A DNA stretch of 49,500 nt from Octopus bimaculoides (taxonomy: Eukaryota): positions 112,333,204-112,382,703 of the forward strand of contig NC_068985.1 of assembly GCF_001194135.2 (NCBI RefSeq), in the 5' to 3' direction. Below the pieces are notes generated by a model, which saw only the letters and a list, made by a program, of their open reading frames with translations, had not been told where the DNA came from and did no database searches. The translations under genes and the position numbers were made by a program. Below are positions 34,523 through 47,350 of this stretch, in pieces (position 1 is the first letter of the stretch; each line of letters begins with the position of its first letter).

Positions 34523-35096
34523 TGATACTAACTCACACACACACATGCATGCACAGATATGATGTAGGCCAATATAATGGGTTGGAAAAGGGTGTAACTG
34601 GACCAAGGAGAAGGAGAAGAAAGATGAAATGAGAGAGAAAGAGAGAGACAGAGAGTCTAGGAAACAGAAATAAAAAGATGGTAAAGGAGTGGGAGGGTGG
34701 CAATAGGGAAAATAAACTCTAAAACCATGAATGCCAACGTTGCTTCATTAAAGTTGTGGTGGTGGTGGAGGTGGTACTTGTGGTGGTGGTGGAGGTGGTA
34801 CTTGTGGTGGTGGTGGAGGTGGTACTTGTGGTGGTGGTAGTCGTTGTCGTCGTCATGGTACTCGTGGTGGTCAGGACCCAGAGCTTTAAGGCTATATTCG
34901 ATGCTGATAAGATGCGGTGGGTAGTGCAGGCTACAGGTGGTGGAGCATGACTGGTTAGCTACCATGACAACGCTGACATAGTTTTGGCAACTGAAAGATA
35001 TTTGTGTGTGTGTGCATGCATGTTTTTTTCTGAATTGATGCAGCGGTATTTATATTAACATGTGTATGCATGCGTACGTAGGTTTACACAAGTAAA

Positions 35097-35129
<33 letters not shown>

Positions 35130-35181
35130 TTTATATATGTACATATAAGTATTTATATATGTGCATGTAAGTGAGTGTGTG

Positions 35182-35220
<39 letters not shown>

Positions 35221-35225
35221 ATATA

Positions 35226-35445
35226 TACTCTTTTACTTGTTTCACTCATTTGACTGTGGCCATGCTGGAGCACTGCCTTTAGTCGAGCAAATCGACCCCA
35301 GGACTTATTCGTTTTGGAAGCCTAGCACTTATTCTATCGGTCTCTTATGCTGAACCGCTAGGTTACAGGGGCGTAAACACACCAGCATCGGTTGTCAAGC
35401 GATGTTGGGGGTACAAACACAGACACACAAACATATACGCACACA
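35226..35445 (-). mobile_element. SINE family A tail, cut by a gap
   Basis: ctcttttacttgtttc..ccatgctggagcactgcc..ggttgtcaagcgatgttggggg. Confidence 0.88.
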
Positions 35446-36566
35446 TACATACATNNNNNNNNNNNNNNNNNNNNNNNNNNNNNNNNNNNNNNNNNNNNNN
35501 NNNNNNNNNNNNNNNNNNNNNNNNNNNNNNNNNNNNNNNNNNNNNNNNNNNNNNNNNNNNNNNNNNNNNNNNNNNNNNNNNNNNNNNNNNNNNNNNNNNN
35601 NNNNNNNNNNNNNNNNNNNNNNNNNNNNNNNNNNNNNNNNNNNNNNNNNNNNNNNNNNNNNNNNNNNNNNNNNNNNNNNNNNNNNNNNNNNNNNNNNNNN
35701 NNNNNNNNNNNNNNNNNNNNNNNNNNNNNNNNNNNNNNNNNNNNNNNNNNNNNNNNNNNNNNNNNNNNNNNNNNNNNNNNNNNNNNNNNNNNNNNNNNNN
35801 NNNNNNNNNNNNNNNNNNNNNNNNNNNNNNNNNNNNNNNNNNNNNNNNNNNNNNNNNNNNNNNNNNNNNNAGATGGATGGATGGACAGATGGATAGATAG
35901 ATGGACCGACAGACAGACACATAGATATAGTTAAAATTCTTCCAAACATAAGTAAAAGCAAAGACTGTATTTGTGTGTGTGTGTGTGTGTGTGTAAATTG
36001 TTATGTGTAACACACCTTTAGAAAACCAGAGATAAAGAAAAAAAAAAGGAAATGCTTAAAAACTATAGATTAACTATTTTAAATCTACATGCACACACAC
36101 ACATAGAAATCATCATCATCGTCATCCTCTTCTTCCTCTTTAACATCGGTTTTCCATGCTGGCATGGATTGGACAAAAAAGTAGCGAGCAGGCCGCTACA
36201 GAGAATAGAACCCCAGAACTCTCAAACTCAGGTTTAGTGCTCTCTACTGTTAAGCTTTGCAATCCATGACATATATATCATTACATACATACACACACAC
36301 ACACACACACAGAAAAACATATACACATATACATACATGACATGCATGTACAGATACATGTATACATATATATAAACACACACACAGACATAAACATATC
36401 CCTCAATCTGGTTATGTTACCTACATATATGTATATAGAATGGTGGCAGCTGAAGGAAAATGTTCTCTATGTGGCCTGTGTGTTTTCTGTACTCCGTTTA
36501 TCATTTTGTCCACGTTTTTTTGCAACGTCCTGTACCCAGATATGCATCTATATATACATGTAGACT

Positions 36567-36637
36567 GGGCATTACAACAGAATAATGGGCATTATTTTGG
36601 GAAGTCCAGTGTGTGGCATTATTCTGTAGTAATGCCC
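36567..36637. repeat. 71-bp inverted repeat or micro-MITE
   Basis: gggcattacaacagaataatg versus cattattctgtagtaatgccc: 20/21 complementary, 29-nt loop. Confidence 0.75.
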
Positions 36638-36846
36638 CTTATATAAATATAAACGAATAATTATATTCTTGGGAATAGAAATTTCCCTTATGAATTTTTT
36701 TACACACTGGCTTCCTGATAAAATTCTTGTAAAAGATTTTTATCCCTTTTTGAATTTATTAATCAAATATATACATGTAGATGTAGGTATTTACATACAT
36801 GTACGTATATACTTATATTATTTGTATTATATATGTATGTATGTAT

Positions 36847-36919
<73 letters not shown>

Positions 36920-38059
36920 GGTATCCACTTCAGTTGGTATAATAATGCAATAAAAATAGTTTGAGCCATTTTACTTTTCCAAGTTTTCCTCCAGTATGGG
37001 CTGTATACATAAGCTGTCTTGATGTACATAAAGATTAAATACATCTTATAAACATTGTACAATGTGTGCAAGCACACACACACACATGAATATATGCGTA
37101 CAAATGCAATAAGACATACTCATAGATGCATAGACACACAGAGGCTCTCATATAGAAATGACAAGCAATTTTCCCATCACACAAATACAGCAACATACAC
37201 ACACACACAGATACATGGATATGAATGCAGAAACACATAGACATGTAGAGCAACGCACACAGAAATGGCATACATGCATCCATACATAGAGAAAGAGGTA
37301 CACACATACAAAATAGACTCACTCACACACACACTCAGAGTCTCAGGGAGTTAATCTCAACAACAATGTACGGAGTCGACAAGCAGATAACAAGTCATCA
37401 TCCATTAACGACGTTTTGTCCTCGGGGAAGAGAAAAGAGAAAATGAGAAGAAAAAGAAAGAAAGAAAGAAAAGAAACAGGCAAGCAAGCGAAAGAAAGCA
37501 AGAAAGGAAGTTTGTGGATTACCTTTGCATGGGGAGTGGTTTTTTTAAAAGGAGAGCTTTTTATACTCTCTTTGAAGACAATTTCATACTAGTTCACCTC
37601 TAGAAGGTACAGTAGCAACAACAACACCAACAGCTGTAGCAGTAGCTGCAATAGGCTTCAGTATACTCTGTCGCGATGATGATGATGATGGTGGTGATGG
37701 TGTTGGTACTAGGGTTGACCACCACCACCACCACCACCACCGTCTAGTGTCTATTGGTGGAGGGTGATGGGAAGAGCTAGCAAGAAACAGGCTAAGACTG
37801 TATGCGTTTAGGACAATCTTGGCGTTATTTGAGAGAATACAGAAAACAACAAAGCTAGATGTGTGTGTGTGTTTGTATACCTGTACATGCACACACGTCT
37901 GTGTTTGTGTGTGTGTGCAGGTAAATTGGCATGAGCAAGTGTGCGTGTGTGTGTGTTGAATGCATGTGTTATGTGTAAATGCACGCTTTTGTGCATTTGC
38001 AAGTTTGCACCACACACACATTTGTATGTTTGCAAACACGTGGTAGCATTTGTGTCTGA

Positions 38060-38395
38060 ATGTATTTGTGTTCAAATAACTTTGCATCCGAGTGCATCTG
38101 CACCCAAGTGCGTTTGTGTCCGAGTGCATTTGTGACCGAGTAGGTTTCTGTCCCACTAAGTTTGCAATCTGAGTGGGTCTGTGTCGTAGTCTGTTCGTTT
38201 ACGTCCAAGTCTACCTGCATCCAAGACATGCTGCGTCCGAGTCTGTCTGAGTCTGTGTGTCTGCATCCGAGTCTGCCCGTGTCTGAGCCTGTCTGCGTCT
38301 GAGTTTGTGTTTGTGTCTGCACTCGAATCTGCCTGTGTCCGAGTCTGCCTGCATCTGAGTCTGCCTGCACCTGAGTAGGTTTACATCAGAGTCCC
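38060..38395. repeat. Degenerate 16-bp minisatellite (gagtctgcctgcatcc)
   Basis: Consecutive units gagtctgcctgcatct / gagtctgcctgcacct / gagtaggtttacatca. Confidence 0.8.
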
Positions 38396-38476
38396 TGTTC
38401 AGGAACATTTTTGCCTAATTTTGTTTACACTGAATTTCATTTGCATCTGAGTGTGTGTGTGTGTGCGTGTGTATAT

Positions 38477-38514
<38 letters not shown>

Positions 38515-38553
38515 AGCTGTTCTGTTTAACAAACTGACATGACATTTTTATAG

Positions 38554-38610
38554 AAACTGGACTCCATGTAGAGGTGGAGTTGATGAGACGCAGGTTCTTC
38601 TCTTAACCAA
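38554..38610 (+). CDS. Weak candidate 57-nt exon
   Basis: Acceptor gacatttttatag, donor CAA|GTGAGT, length divisible by 3. One frame is open (phase 2-2, NWTPCRGGVDETQVLLLT). Confidence 0.25.
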
Positions 38611-38819
38611 GTGAGTGTGGGTGGGTAGGTTATGCCAGAAGTAGAGGGGTGGTGGTCATAGTAGTGAACGGAAGAATTGCAGAAATAGGTGGTGGTGGTA
38701 GCAGTAGATACAATGGTGATAGTGGTGGTGGTGGTGGTATACTTCCTCTCGCACTTGTGCTTTAACTTTGTTGACGGGACTTCACAAACAGATAGAAACA
38801 TACTTCATACTTCACAATC

Positions 38820-38950
38820 ACGAGGTAGTGAGTTCATTTTCCGGACTGGGCTATGTGTTGTGTTTTTGAGCAAGACACTTTATTTCACATTGCTCCAGTT
38901 CACTTAGCCGTAGAAAGGAGTTGCGATGTTATTGGTGCCAAGCTGTATGG
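38820..38950 (+). mobile_element. SINE family E fragment
   Basis: gagttcattttccgg..tgagcaagacactttatttcacattgctccag. Confidence 0.75.
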
Positions 38951-39205
38951 ATAAACAAACCAACACCAGTTGGGATATCAACAAACCAACACCAGTTGTC
39001 AAGCAGTGGTTGAGACATGCACAAAGACACACACACACATACGATGAGCTTCTTTCAGGTTCCATTTACCATATCTACTCAGAAGAGTTAGGCCAGCCCA
39101 GGACTATAGCAGAAGGCATTTTCACAGGGAGCTTCACAGTGGGACTGAACCCAGAACCATGTTGTTGGGAAGCAAGCTTCTTAACCACACAGCCACACCT
39201 GCACA
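38950..39205 (-). mobile_element. SINE family A, decayed
   Basis: accagttgtcaagc..gtgggactgaaccc..ccacacagccacacctgc. Confidence 0.8.
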
Positions 39206-39794
39206 CACATATATAAATACATATTTACAAAAGAAGTTTTAATTAAAATATAGTAAATTTTATTCACTTGTAATTTACATTGGTCCCATTCTGAAGTTGG
39301 TGCGTGGTATGCTGGAAGACTACTGGGGGTGGGGCACCCCTTAGTTTTTGTTAAAGCATGTCTCTAGGAGGTCACTCTGATATAAAACCAGATATGAAAG
39401 TAATGGCATTGAACACTTTGGGAATCTTTTGCTTGCACTTGAGATCATGGTGCTCCCACATTCCTGAGCCTACTACCCATATTAGCCCTCTATCTTACTC
39501 CTAGCTTGTCTCTGGATCATATCAGTAGGGTGGAGAGGATCTGTGAGGCACTGTGCGAGCTTTAAGGGACTTAAAATTTTACAGTGTGCAATCGCTGGTG
39601 AGGGGACTATCTGATGTCCAGTCAAGTAGGAGCCTGGAAGCCATGGGCATAAACCCAGGTTAAGCCAACTGCTGGTGCAATAACCTTATGTAATGGTCAG
39701 TGATGAGCAATGGTCAGTAATGGTATTCCTTGTTCACGACTGGACAGCTATTATCAGCATCATTGTAGATATACTGGCATACACAGACACACAC

Positions 39795-39841
<47 letters not shown>

Positions 39842-40625
39842 CAACTTTTTNNNNNNNNNNNNNNNNNNNNNNNNNNNNNNNNNNNNNNNNNNNNNNNNNN
39901 NNNNNNNNNNNNNNNNNNNNNNNNNNNNNNNNNNNNNNNNNNNNNNNNNNNNNNNNNNNNNNNNNNNNNNNNNNNNNNNNNNNNNNNNNNNNNNNNNNNN
40001 NNNNNNNNNNNNNNNNNNNNNNNNNNNNNNNNNNNNNNNNNNNNNNNNNNNNNNNNNNNNNNNNNNNNNNNNNNNNNNNNNNNNNNNNNNNNNNNNNNNN
40101 NNNNNNNNNNNNNNNNNNNNNNNNNNNNNNNNNNNNNNNNNNNNNNNNNNNNNNNNNNNNNNNNNNNNNNNNNNNNNNNNNNNNNNNNNNNNNNNNNNNN
40201 NNNNNNNNNNNNNNNNNNNNNNNNNNNNNNNNNNNNNNNNNNNNNNNNNNNNNNNNNNNNNNNNNNNNNNNNNNNNNNNNNNNNNNNNNNNNNNNNNNNN
40301 NNNNNNNNNNNNNNNNNNNNNNNNNNNNNNNNNNNNNNNNNNNNNNNNNNNNNNNNNNNNNNNNNNNNNNNNNNNNNNNNNNNNNNNNNNNNNNNNNNNN
40401 NNNNNNNNNNNNNNNNNNNNNNNNNNNNNNNNNNNNNNNNNNNNNNNNNNNNNNNNNNNNNNNNNNNNNNNNNNNNNNNNNNNNNNNNNNNNNNNNNNNN
40501 NNNNNNNNNNNNNNNNNNNNNNNNNNNNNNNNNNNNNNNNNNNNNNNNNNNNNNNNNNNNNNNNNNNNNNNNNNNNNNNNNNNNNNNNNNNNNNNNNNNN
40601 NNNNNNNNNNNNNNNNNNNNNNNNN

Positions 40626-40850
40626 GGCACATAAAAGACACCATTTTGAGCGTGGCCGTTTTCGTGCGGGTGACACGTAAAAGCACCCACTACACTCTCT
40701 GAGTGGTTGGCGTTAGGAAGGGCATCCAGCTGTAGAAACTCTGCCAAATCAGATTGGAGCCTGGTGTTGCCATCCGGTTTCACCAGTCCTCAGTCAAATC
40801 GTCCAACCCATGCTAGCATGGAAAGCGGACGTTAAACGATGATGATGATG
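40626..40850 (+). mobile_element. Family D retroposon, young, 5' end in a gap
   Basis: ggttggcgttaggaagggcatccagc..ggacgttaaacgatgatgatgatg. Confidence 0.9.
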
Positions 40851-41001
40851 TATTATCTTGTAGCTTTGAGGTTTCAATGATGTGACTGATTATTTTTAGA
40901 ATGACATTGTAGGGTTGGTATGAGAGACCAGATCCGATCGGTTTAAACGTAAGGCAGGTTGGATGCTTGGGCCGGATATGGCTGGTTTAAATGCTAAAGG
41001 G
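40851..41001. mobile_element. piggyBac-type MITE, right half
   Basis: Aligns to 25900-26048 and ends aatgctaaaggg|tta. Confidence 0.65.
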
Positions 41002-41029
41002 TTATAAGTGCAGTCCTGTCCAAATCAGG

Positions 41030-41160
41030 CCAGCTTCAGTTCACTCGCACTGCGTTTAGCCAGGGATATATCTCTTGCTACTGCCTTGGGGCTGAACGAA
41101 ACCTTGGAAATGGATTTTGTAGATGGAAACTGAAAGAAGTCTGTCGTATGAGTATATATT
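41030..41160 (+). mobile_element. SINE family A fragment
   Basis: ggattttgtagatggaaactgaaagaagtctgtcg. Confidence 0.55.
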
Positions 41161-41165
41161 TGCAT

Positions 41166-41306
41166 GCTATTTCTTTACTACCCACAAGGGGCTACACACA
41201 GAGGGGACAAACAAGGACAGACAAACGGATTAAGTCGATTACATCGACCCCAGTGCGTAACTGGTACTTATTTAATCGACCCCCAAAAGGATGAAAGGCA
41301 AAGTCG
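41166..41306 (-). mobile_element. SINE family C (tail C1), cut by a gap
   Basis: The reverse complement matches 5000-5138. Confidence 0.9.
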
Positions 41307-42286
41307 NNNNNNNNNNNNNNNNNNNNNNNNNNNNNNNNNNNNNNNNNNNNNNNNNNNNNNNNNNNNNNNNNNNNNNNNNNNNNNNNNNNNNNNNNNNNNN
41401 NNNNNNNNNNNNNNNNNNNNNNNNNNNNNNNNNNNNNNNNNNNNNNNNNNNNNNNNNNNNNNNNNNNNNNNNNNNNNNNNNNNNNNNNNNNNNNNNNNNN
41501 NNNNNNNNNNNNNNNNNNNNNNNNNNNNNNNNNNNNNNNNNNNNNNNNNNNNNNNNNNNNNNNNNNNNNNNNNNNNNNNNNNNNNNNNNNNNNNNNNNNN
41601 NNNNNNNNNNNNNNNNNNNNNNNNNNNNNNNNNNNNNNNNNNNNNNNNNNNNNNNNNNNNNNNNNNNNNNNNNNNNNNNNNNNNNNNNNNNNNNNNNNNN
41701 NNNNNNNNNNNNNNNNNNNNNNNNNNNNNNNNNNNNNNNNNNNNNNNNNNNNNNNNNNNNNNNNNNNNNNNNNNNNNNNNNNNNNNNNNNNNNNNNNNNN
41801 NNNNNNNNNNNNNNNNNNNNNNNNNNNNNNNNNNNNNNNNNNNNNNNNNNNNNNNNNNNNNNNNNNNNNNNNNNNNNNNNNNNNNNNNNNNNNNNNNNNN
41901 NNNNNNNNNNNNNNNNNNNNNNNNNNNNNNNNNNNNNNNNNNNNNNNNNNNNNNNNNNNNNNNNNNNNNNNNNNNNNNNNNNNNNNNNNNNNNNNNNNNN
42001 NNNNNNNNNNNNNNNNNNNNNNNNNNNNNNNNNNNNNNNNNNNNNNNNNNNNNNNNNNNNNNNNNNNNNNNNNNNNNNNNNNNNNNNNNNNNNNNNNNNN
42101 NNNNNNNNNNNNNNNNNNNNNNNNNNNNNNNNNNNNNNNNNNNNNNNNNNNNNNNNNNNNNNNNNNNNNNNNNNNNNNNNNNNNNNNNNNNNNNNNNNTA
42201 TATATATATTCACTTAAAAGAAAATGGAGATTGGGAAGTTAATAATTGTTTATTATTAACAGCAAATTAGTCATCTTCACTTATAG

Positions 42287-42373
42287 TATTTCTTTGGATA
42301 AAACCATCCCTTCATGAGGTTAACACAACCTCTAAATATTTCGTTTTGGGATTTCGTTTACAAGATTCTTAGT
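42287..42373 (+). CDS. Candidate 87-nt coding exon, unknown product (YSLDKNHPFMRLTQPLNISFWDFVYKILS)
   Basis: Acceptor tcatcttcacttatag|, donor AGT|GTGAGT, 29 codons, phase 0-0. Only this frame is open. The sequence is unique and high-complexity. No homology recognised. Confidence 0.4.
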
Positions 42374-42435
42374 GTGAGTTTGTGTGTTGAAGCATATTTT
42401 GTTTTGTGTCTTGTTGTGTCTGTCTCTCCCCAGAC

Positions 42436-42472
<37 letters not shown>

Positions 42473-42745
42473 TTTTTGCAACTGTCATTTGCATGGTTGG
42501 GTCGTTGGCGAGTGAGCTGGTGATAAGGCTTGCCTGGTGAGAAGGGTTACTAGAAACCGAGCAGGACTTAAAAACATGATTTATCAAAAGGATGGATGAA
42601 CTTAGTGTTGGTTCAATGACTAACCAGTAATAGCATGGGCCCTCAGAAATTCTGGGTTGCTGTATTAAGTATTGTGCAGTAAAGTGTATGAATATATACA
42701 TAGGCAAATTTGTATACAGATATATATATATATATATATATATAT

Positions 42746-42821
42746 TGGTGTAGCCATCCGGTTGCACCAGTCCTCAGTCAAATCGTCCAACCCATGCTAG
42801 CATGGAAAGCGGACATTAAAC

Positions 42822-42858
<37 letters not shown>
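42746..42858 (+). mobile_element. 5'-truncated tail-D retroposon inside a (TA)n tract
   Basis: tggtgtagccatccgg..catgctagcatggaaagcggacattaaac(gat)n, with (TA)n on both sides. Confidence 0.9.
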
Positions 42859-42860
<2 letters not shown>

Positions 42861-42864
42861 ATAT

Positions 42865-42895
<31 letters not shown>

Positions 42896-43058
42896 CACAC
42901 ACATATTGTTATTACTATTATTCCATGTTTGCATGAGTCACAAACAAATATACAGATACACACACACACACACATTATTGTCATTCAAATGTTCACATTT
43001 CCATGGGTCATACTATACATAAACACACACATATATACACACAACATATACATATATC

Positions 43059-43093
<35 letters not shown>

Positions 43094-43765
43094 GTGTGTG
43101 AATGTGTGATACGCAGTAGTAATAGTACAATAGTGTTGATAGTAATGGCAGTACAAATAGTAGTATTGGTGATAGTAACAGGAGTGGTGGTAGTGGCAGA
43201 AGGATCCTCGACGCCTGAAGGATCGTAAATGACTCAATACCCAAAACCTAAACAACCCACTGGGTTGCAAAGGTGTGCAAATGTTAGTCATTTTTATAAT
43301 TTCCACAAAGGCCAGTTTGCTTTGGACGAAAACACAAATAAATGAAAAAAAAATTAAATAATTAAATAAATAAATAGATCGTTGGAGCACCACTGAACAA
43401 TTCCATGTCTGAATGTATCTAGGACACAGAAGGCCTGACGAAGCCAGATATAAGTTGGAAGAGTTCCATCCTTCATTGAGCTATATTGATACCCTGGGAG
43501 AATCGGTCAGACATGACACGCTAGTGAAATTCTCATCGTAAATATAGTTAGATATGTTGTTGCAGGTGATGTTGCTGTCGCTGTTGTTGTTGTTGTTTAC
43601 AACTGGTCATGTGGGTATGAGTGTCAGTATTTTGTATGTATGTACGTGAGGGTGCAAATGCAAGCATAAACATGTAGATTTTGTGCATGAGTATGCACAA
43701 ATATATACACACACAAACATGTAGGATCATGCATGAAAACTCATACATAAGTATATATTTACATC

Positions 43766-43796
<31 letters not shown>

Positions 43797-44589
43797 ATGG
43801 ACGTATATAATACAAAGAATATATATGCATGTATATACACATATATGTATATACTTACATCNNNNNNNNNNNNNNNNNNNNNNNNNNNNNNNNNNNNNNN
43901 NNNNNNNNNNNNNNNNNNNNNNNNNNNNNNNNNNNNNNNNNNNNNNNNNNNNNNNNNNNNNNNNNNNNNNNNNNNNNNNNNNNNNNNNNNNNNNNNNNNN
44001 NNNNNNNNNNNNNNNNNNNNNNNNNNNNNNNNNNNNNNNNNNNNNNNNNNNNNNNNNNNNNNNNNNNNNNNNNNNNNNNNNNNNNNNNNNNNNNNNNNNN
44101 NNNNNNNNNNNNNNNNNNNNNNNNNNNNNNNNNNNNNNNNNNNNNNNNNNNNNNNNNNNNNNNNNNNNNNNNNNNNNNNNNNNNNNNNNNNNNNNNNNNN
44201 NNNNNNNNNNNNNNNNNNNNNNNNNNNNNNNNNNNNNNNNNNNNNNNNNNNNNNNNNNNNNNNNNNNNNNNNNNNNNNNNNNNNNNNNNNNNNNNNNNNN
44301 NNNNNNNNNNNNNNNNNNNNNNNNNNNNNNNNNNNNNNNNNNNNNNNNNNNNNNNNNNNNNNNNNNNNNNNNNNNNNNNNNNNNNNNNNNNNNNNNNNNN
44401 NNNNGCAGTGTGAAGAGCAGTGGTTGTGCTGCCGCCAATACTGCAACTATGTAGAACATATGGCAACAGTGTGTTAGTAGAAGCCAGAGGAAGCTAAAGA
44501 CCAGCGAGATGGTGCTGCTATCGTGGAAAATACAGCGCTGGTGGGGAAGGTAGTGATCGGAGGAGGAATGGCGAGGGGGGGATATAGGG

Positions 44590-44610
44590 ATCATTACGAC
44601 TGTGTATGTA

Positions 44611-44641
<31 letters not shown>

Positions 44642-44880
44642 ACAACTGTGTATGTGTGTCCGTCTGTCTGTATGTGTATAACTGTGTACATGTGTGCCTA
44701 TGCATACAATTGTGTGCATGTACATGTGTGTATATGTATACAATTGTGTATGACTGTGTGTTTGTGTGTCTGTATTTGTGTGTCTCTGTGTGTGCATGTA
44801 TGTGTACAACTGTTGTGTGTTTGCAATTGCGTGTATGTACATGAGCGCATATGTATGCATATGTGCACAACTGTGTATGT

Positions 44881-44923
<43 letters not shown>

Positions 44924-45266
44924 AATGTACAATTGTGTATCTGTGTTTGTGTGCATAACTGTGTGTGTGTATATATATATGTACAGCTAAATTTCTGTTT
45001 GTATGTATAAGTGTGCATGTATATGTTCAACTGTGTAAGTCTGTATGTACAACTTTGTGTATGTATGTATGTATGTATGTATGTATGTCTGCATGTGTAC
45101 AACTGTATACATGTGTTTATGTGTGCAACTGTGAACATGTATATGTGTATACAAATGTGTCTGTACATGTGTGCGTACGTGTGTGTTTGTCTGTGAGTGT
45201 ATGGTGATTGTATGATTGTACTATTAGGTCTATGTCTGTGTGTGTGTATTGATGTACCCACTATTA

Positions 45267-45307
<41 letters not shown>

Positions 45308-45310
45308 TTA
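44590..45310. repeat. (TG)n field with a recurrent ACAAYTGTG insert
   Basis: The motif recurs more than 10 times. Confidence 0.75.
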
Positions 45311-45545
45311 CTGATGTATGTATATGTGTATTGCTTAGTTTGCTAATAAGTATATATGATTGTCTATGTATGCATAGCGCTCATGTATGCATGTCTGTCA
45401 TGGTCTGTGTGTGCATGTATGTGTGAGTACTGGTGTGTATATTAGTACATGTACTAGCATGTATATATATAATGTTTGTGTTGTTACGCATGAAATGTTT
45501 GTACATGTATTAATGTATTTGCATGTGTGTATGTTATTACTGTAG

Positions 45546-45755
45546 TTATTGTTTAACCCCAGGCCAGTCATGACCGAGCAGACCAGTCATCAAACAGCAT
45601 TCAGTCAATCTTCATATTTGCAGGGGATGTTGGATATTAAGCACATTGACCAATCTGTCCCCACCTTGTTTTGTAGGTTTAGGTAGATTTCAGGGTAATT
45701 TGGCTGCTATTACTAGCATATTGAGCAACCATGGTGTGGCTCCCTTACAGACCAA
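45546..45755 (-). mobile_element. Family J copy
   Basis: ttgtttaaccccaggccag..atttggctgctattactagc. Confidence 0.65.
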
Positions 45756-45956
45756 GTGTGTGTGTGTGTGTTTGTGTATATACAATTTGCATGTATGAGA
45801 ATGTGTACTAGTATATATGTTTGTATACATCTGTACACACAGCATACACATGTGTACCAGCTGTATTTATGTAGCTATATCTCTGTGTGCATGTATATAT
45901 ATCTAGATACATACTACATACATACATTCATACATGCATACATATTCATACTACAT

Positions 45957-45989
<33 letters not shown>

Positions 45990-46745
45990 CTACATACATA
46001 ATACATGCATATATATAGATACTGCATAGATATATATATAGATACTGCATAGATATATATATAGATACTACATACATATATACAAATACTACATAAATAT
46101 ATATATATATATACACACACATACTACATACATACACACATATATACACATAGCTATGCATACACACACACATATATATATAAACACATACTACAGACAT
46201 GCACACATATATATATACACATACTTCATACACACATATATATACATACATACTACACACACATATACATACATACTACACACACATATACATAGACACA
46301 CACACATACATAATACATTATCATATATATTACATGCATACATACAAACGTATATGTGTGTGTATGTTCCAGCAATTGCATGTATGCANNNNNNNNNNNN
46401 NNNNNNNNNNNNNNNNNNNNNNNNNNNNNNNNNNNNNNNNNNNNNNNNNNNNNNNNNNNNNNNNNNNNNNNNNNNNNNNNNNNNNNNNNNNNNNNNNNNN
46501 NNNNNNNNNNNNNNNNNNNNNNNNNNNNNNNNNNNNNNNNNNNNNNNNNNNNNNNNNNNNNNNNNNNNNNNNNNNNNNNNNNNNNNNNNNNNNNNNNNNN
46601 NNNNNNNNNNNNNNNNNNNNNNNNNNNNNNNNNNNNNNNNNNNNNNNNNNNNNNNNNNNNNNNNNNNNNNNNNNNNNNNNNNNNNNNNNNNNNNNNNNNN
46701 NNNNNNNNNNNNNNNNNNNNNNNNNNNNNNNNNNNNNNNNNNNNN

Positions 46746-46780
<35 letters not shown>

Positions 46781-46789
46781 AATATAGCA

Positions 46790-47350
46790 GGTGGTGCTGG
46801 GGTGGGGATAATGATAGTGTAGGGGGTGGTGATGGCAGTGGGATGGAAATGGCCATATGGTAGGTGGTGGTGATAGGCGGTGGTGGTGGTGTGGTGTTGT
46901 GTGCGTAATGGTGGGTGATATCAGAAGTGGTGGTGGTGGTGCTGGTGCTGGTGGTCACATGGTGGTTGGTAGGTTGGTTGGTGGTGATGATGGGTAGTAT
47001 TGGATGTATTGTAAAGGGTGGTTATGAAAGGCTGTCGTGGTAGTGGTGGTGACGTGTTCCAGTGGTTATGGTATACAGTGGTGGTGGTGGTGGTGGTGTA
47101 GTAGAGCCAGTGACGATGATGGTGATGAGGAAAGGTGGTGGTGGTGGTAGTGATGATGATGATGATGATGCTGTTGCTGATGGTGGTGATGATGGTCATA
47201 ATTATGGTGATGGTGTTGATGATGATGACATTGATAATGGTAACAATGCTGGTAGTGTTAAAGCAGTAACGGTGGTGGTGAGAAGAGGGTGGCGATAGTA
47301 TGTACTATAGTGCATTAGTCTGTGATGATAGTGCTTTGATGGTGATGAAA
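46790..47350. repeat. Decayed (GGT)n/(GAT)n field
   Basis: Directly visible. Confidence 0.9.

Noticed and set aside
39290-39780. High-complexity segment possibly from an old LINE
   Set aside because: I found no RT or endonuclease motif and no second copy in the window, so it is left unannotated pending a BLAST search.
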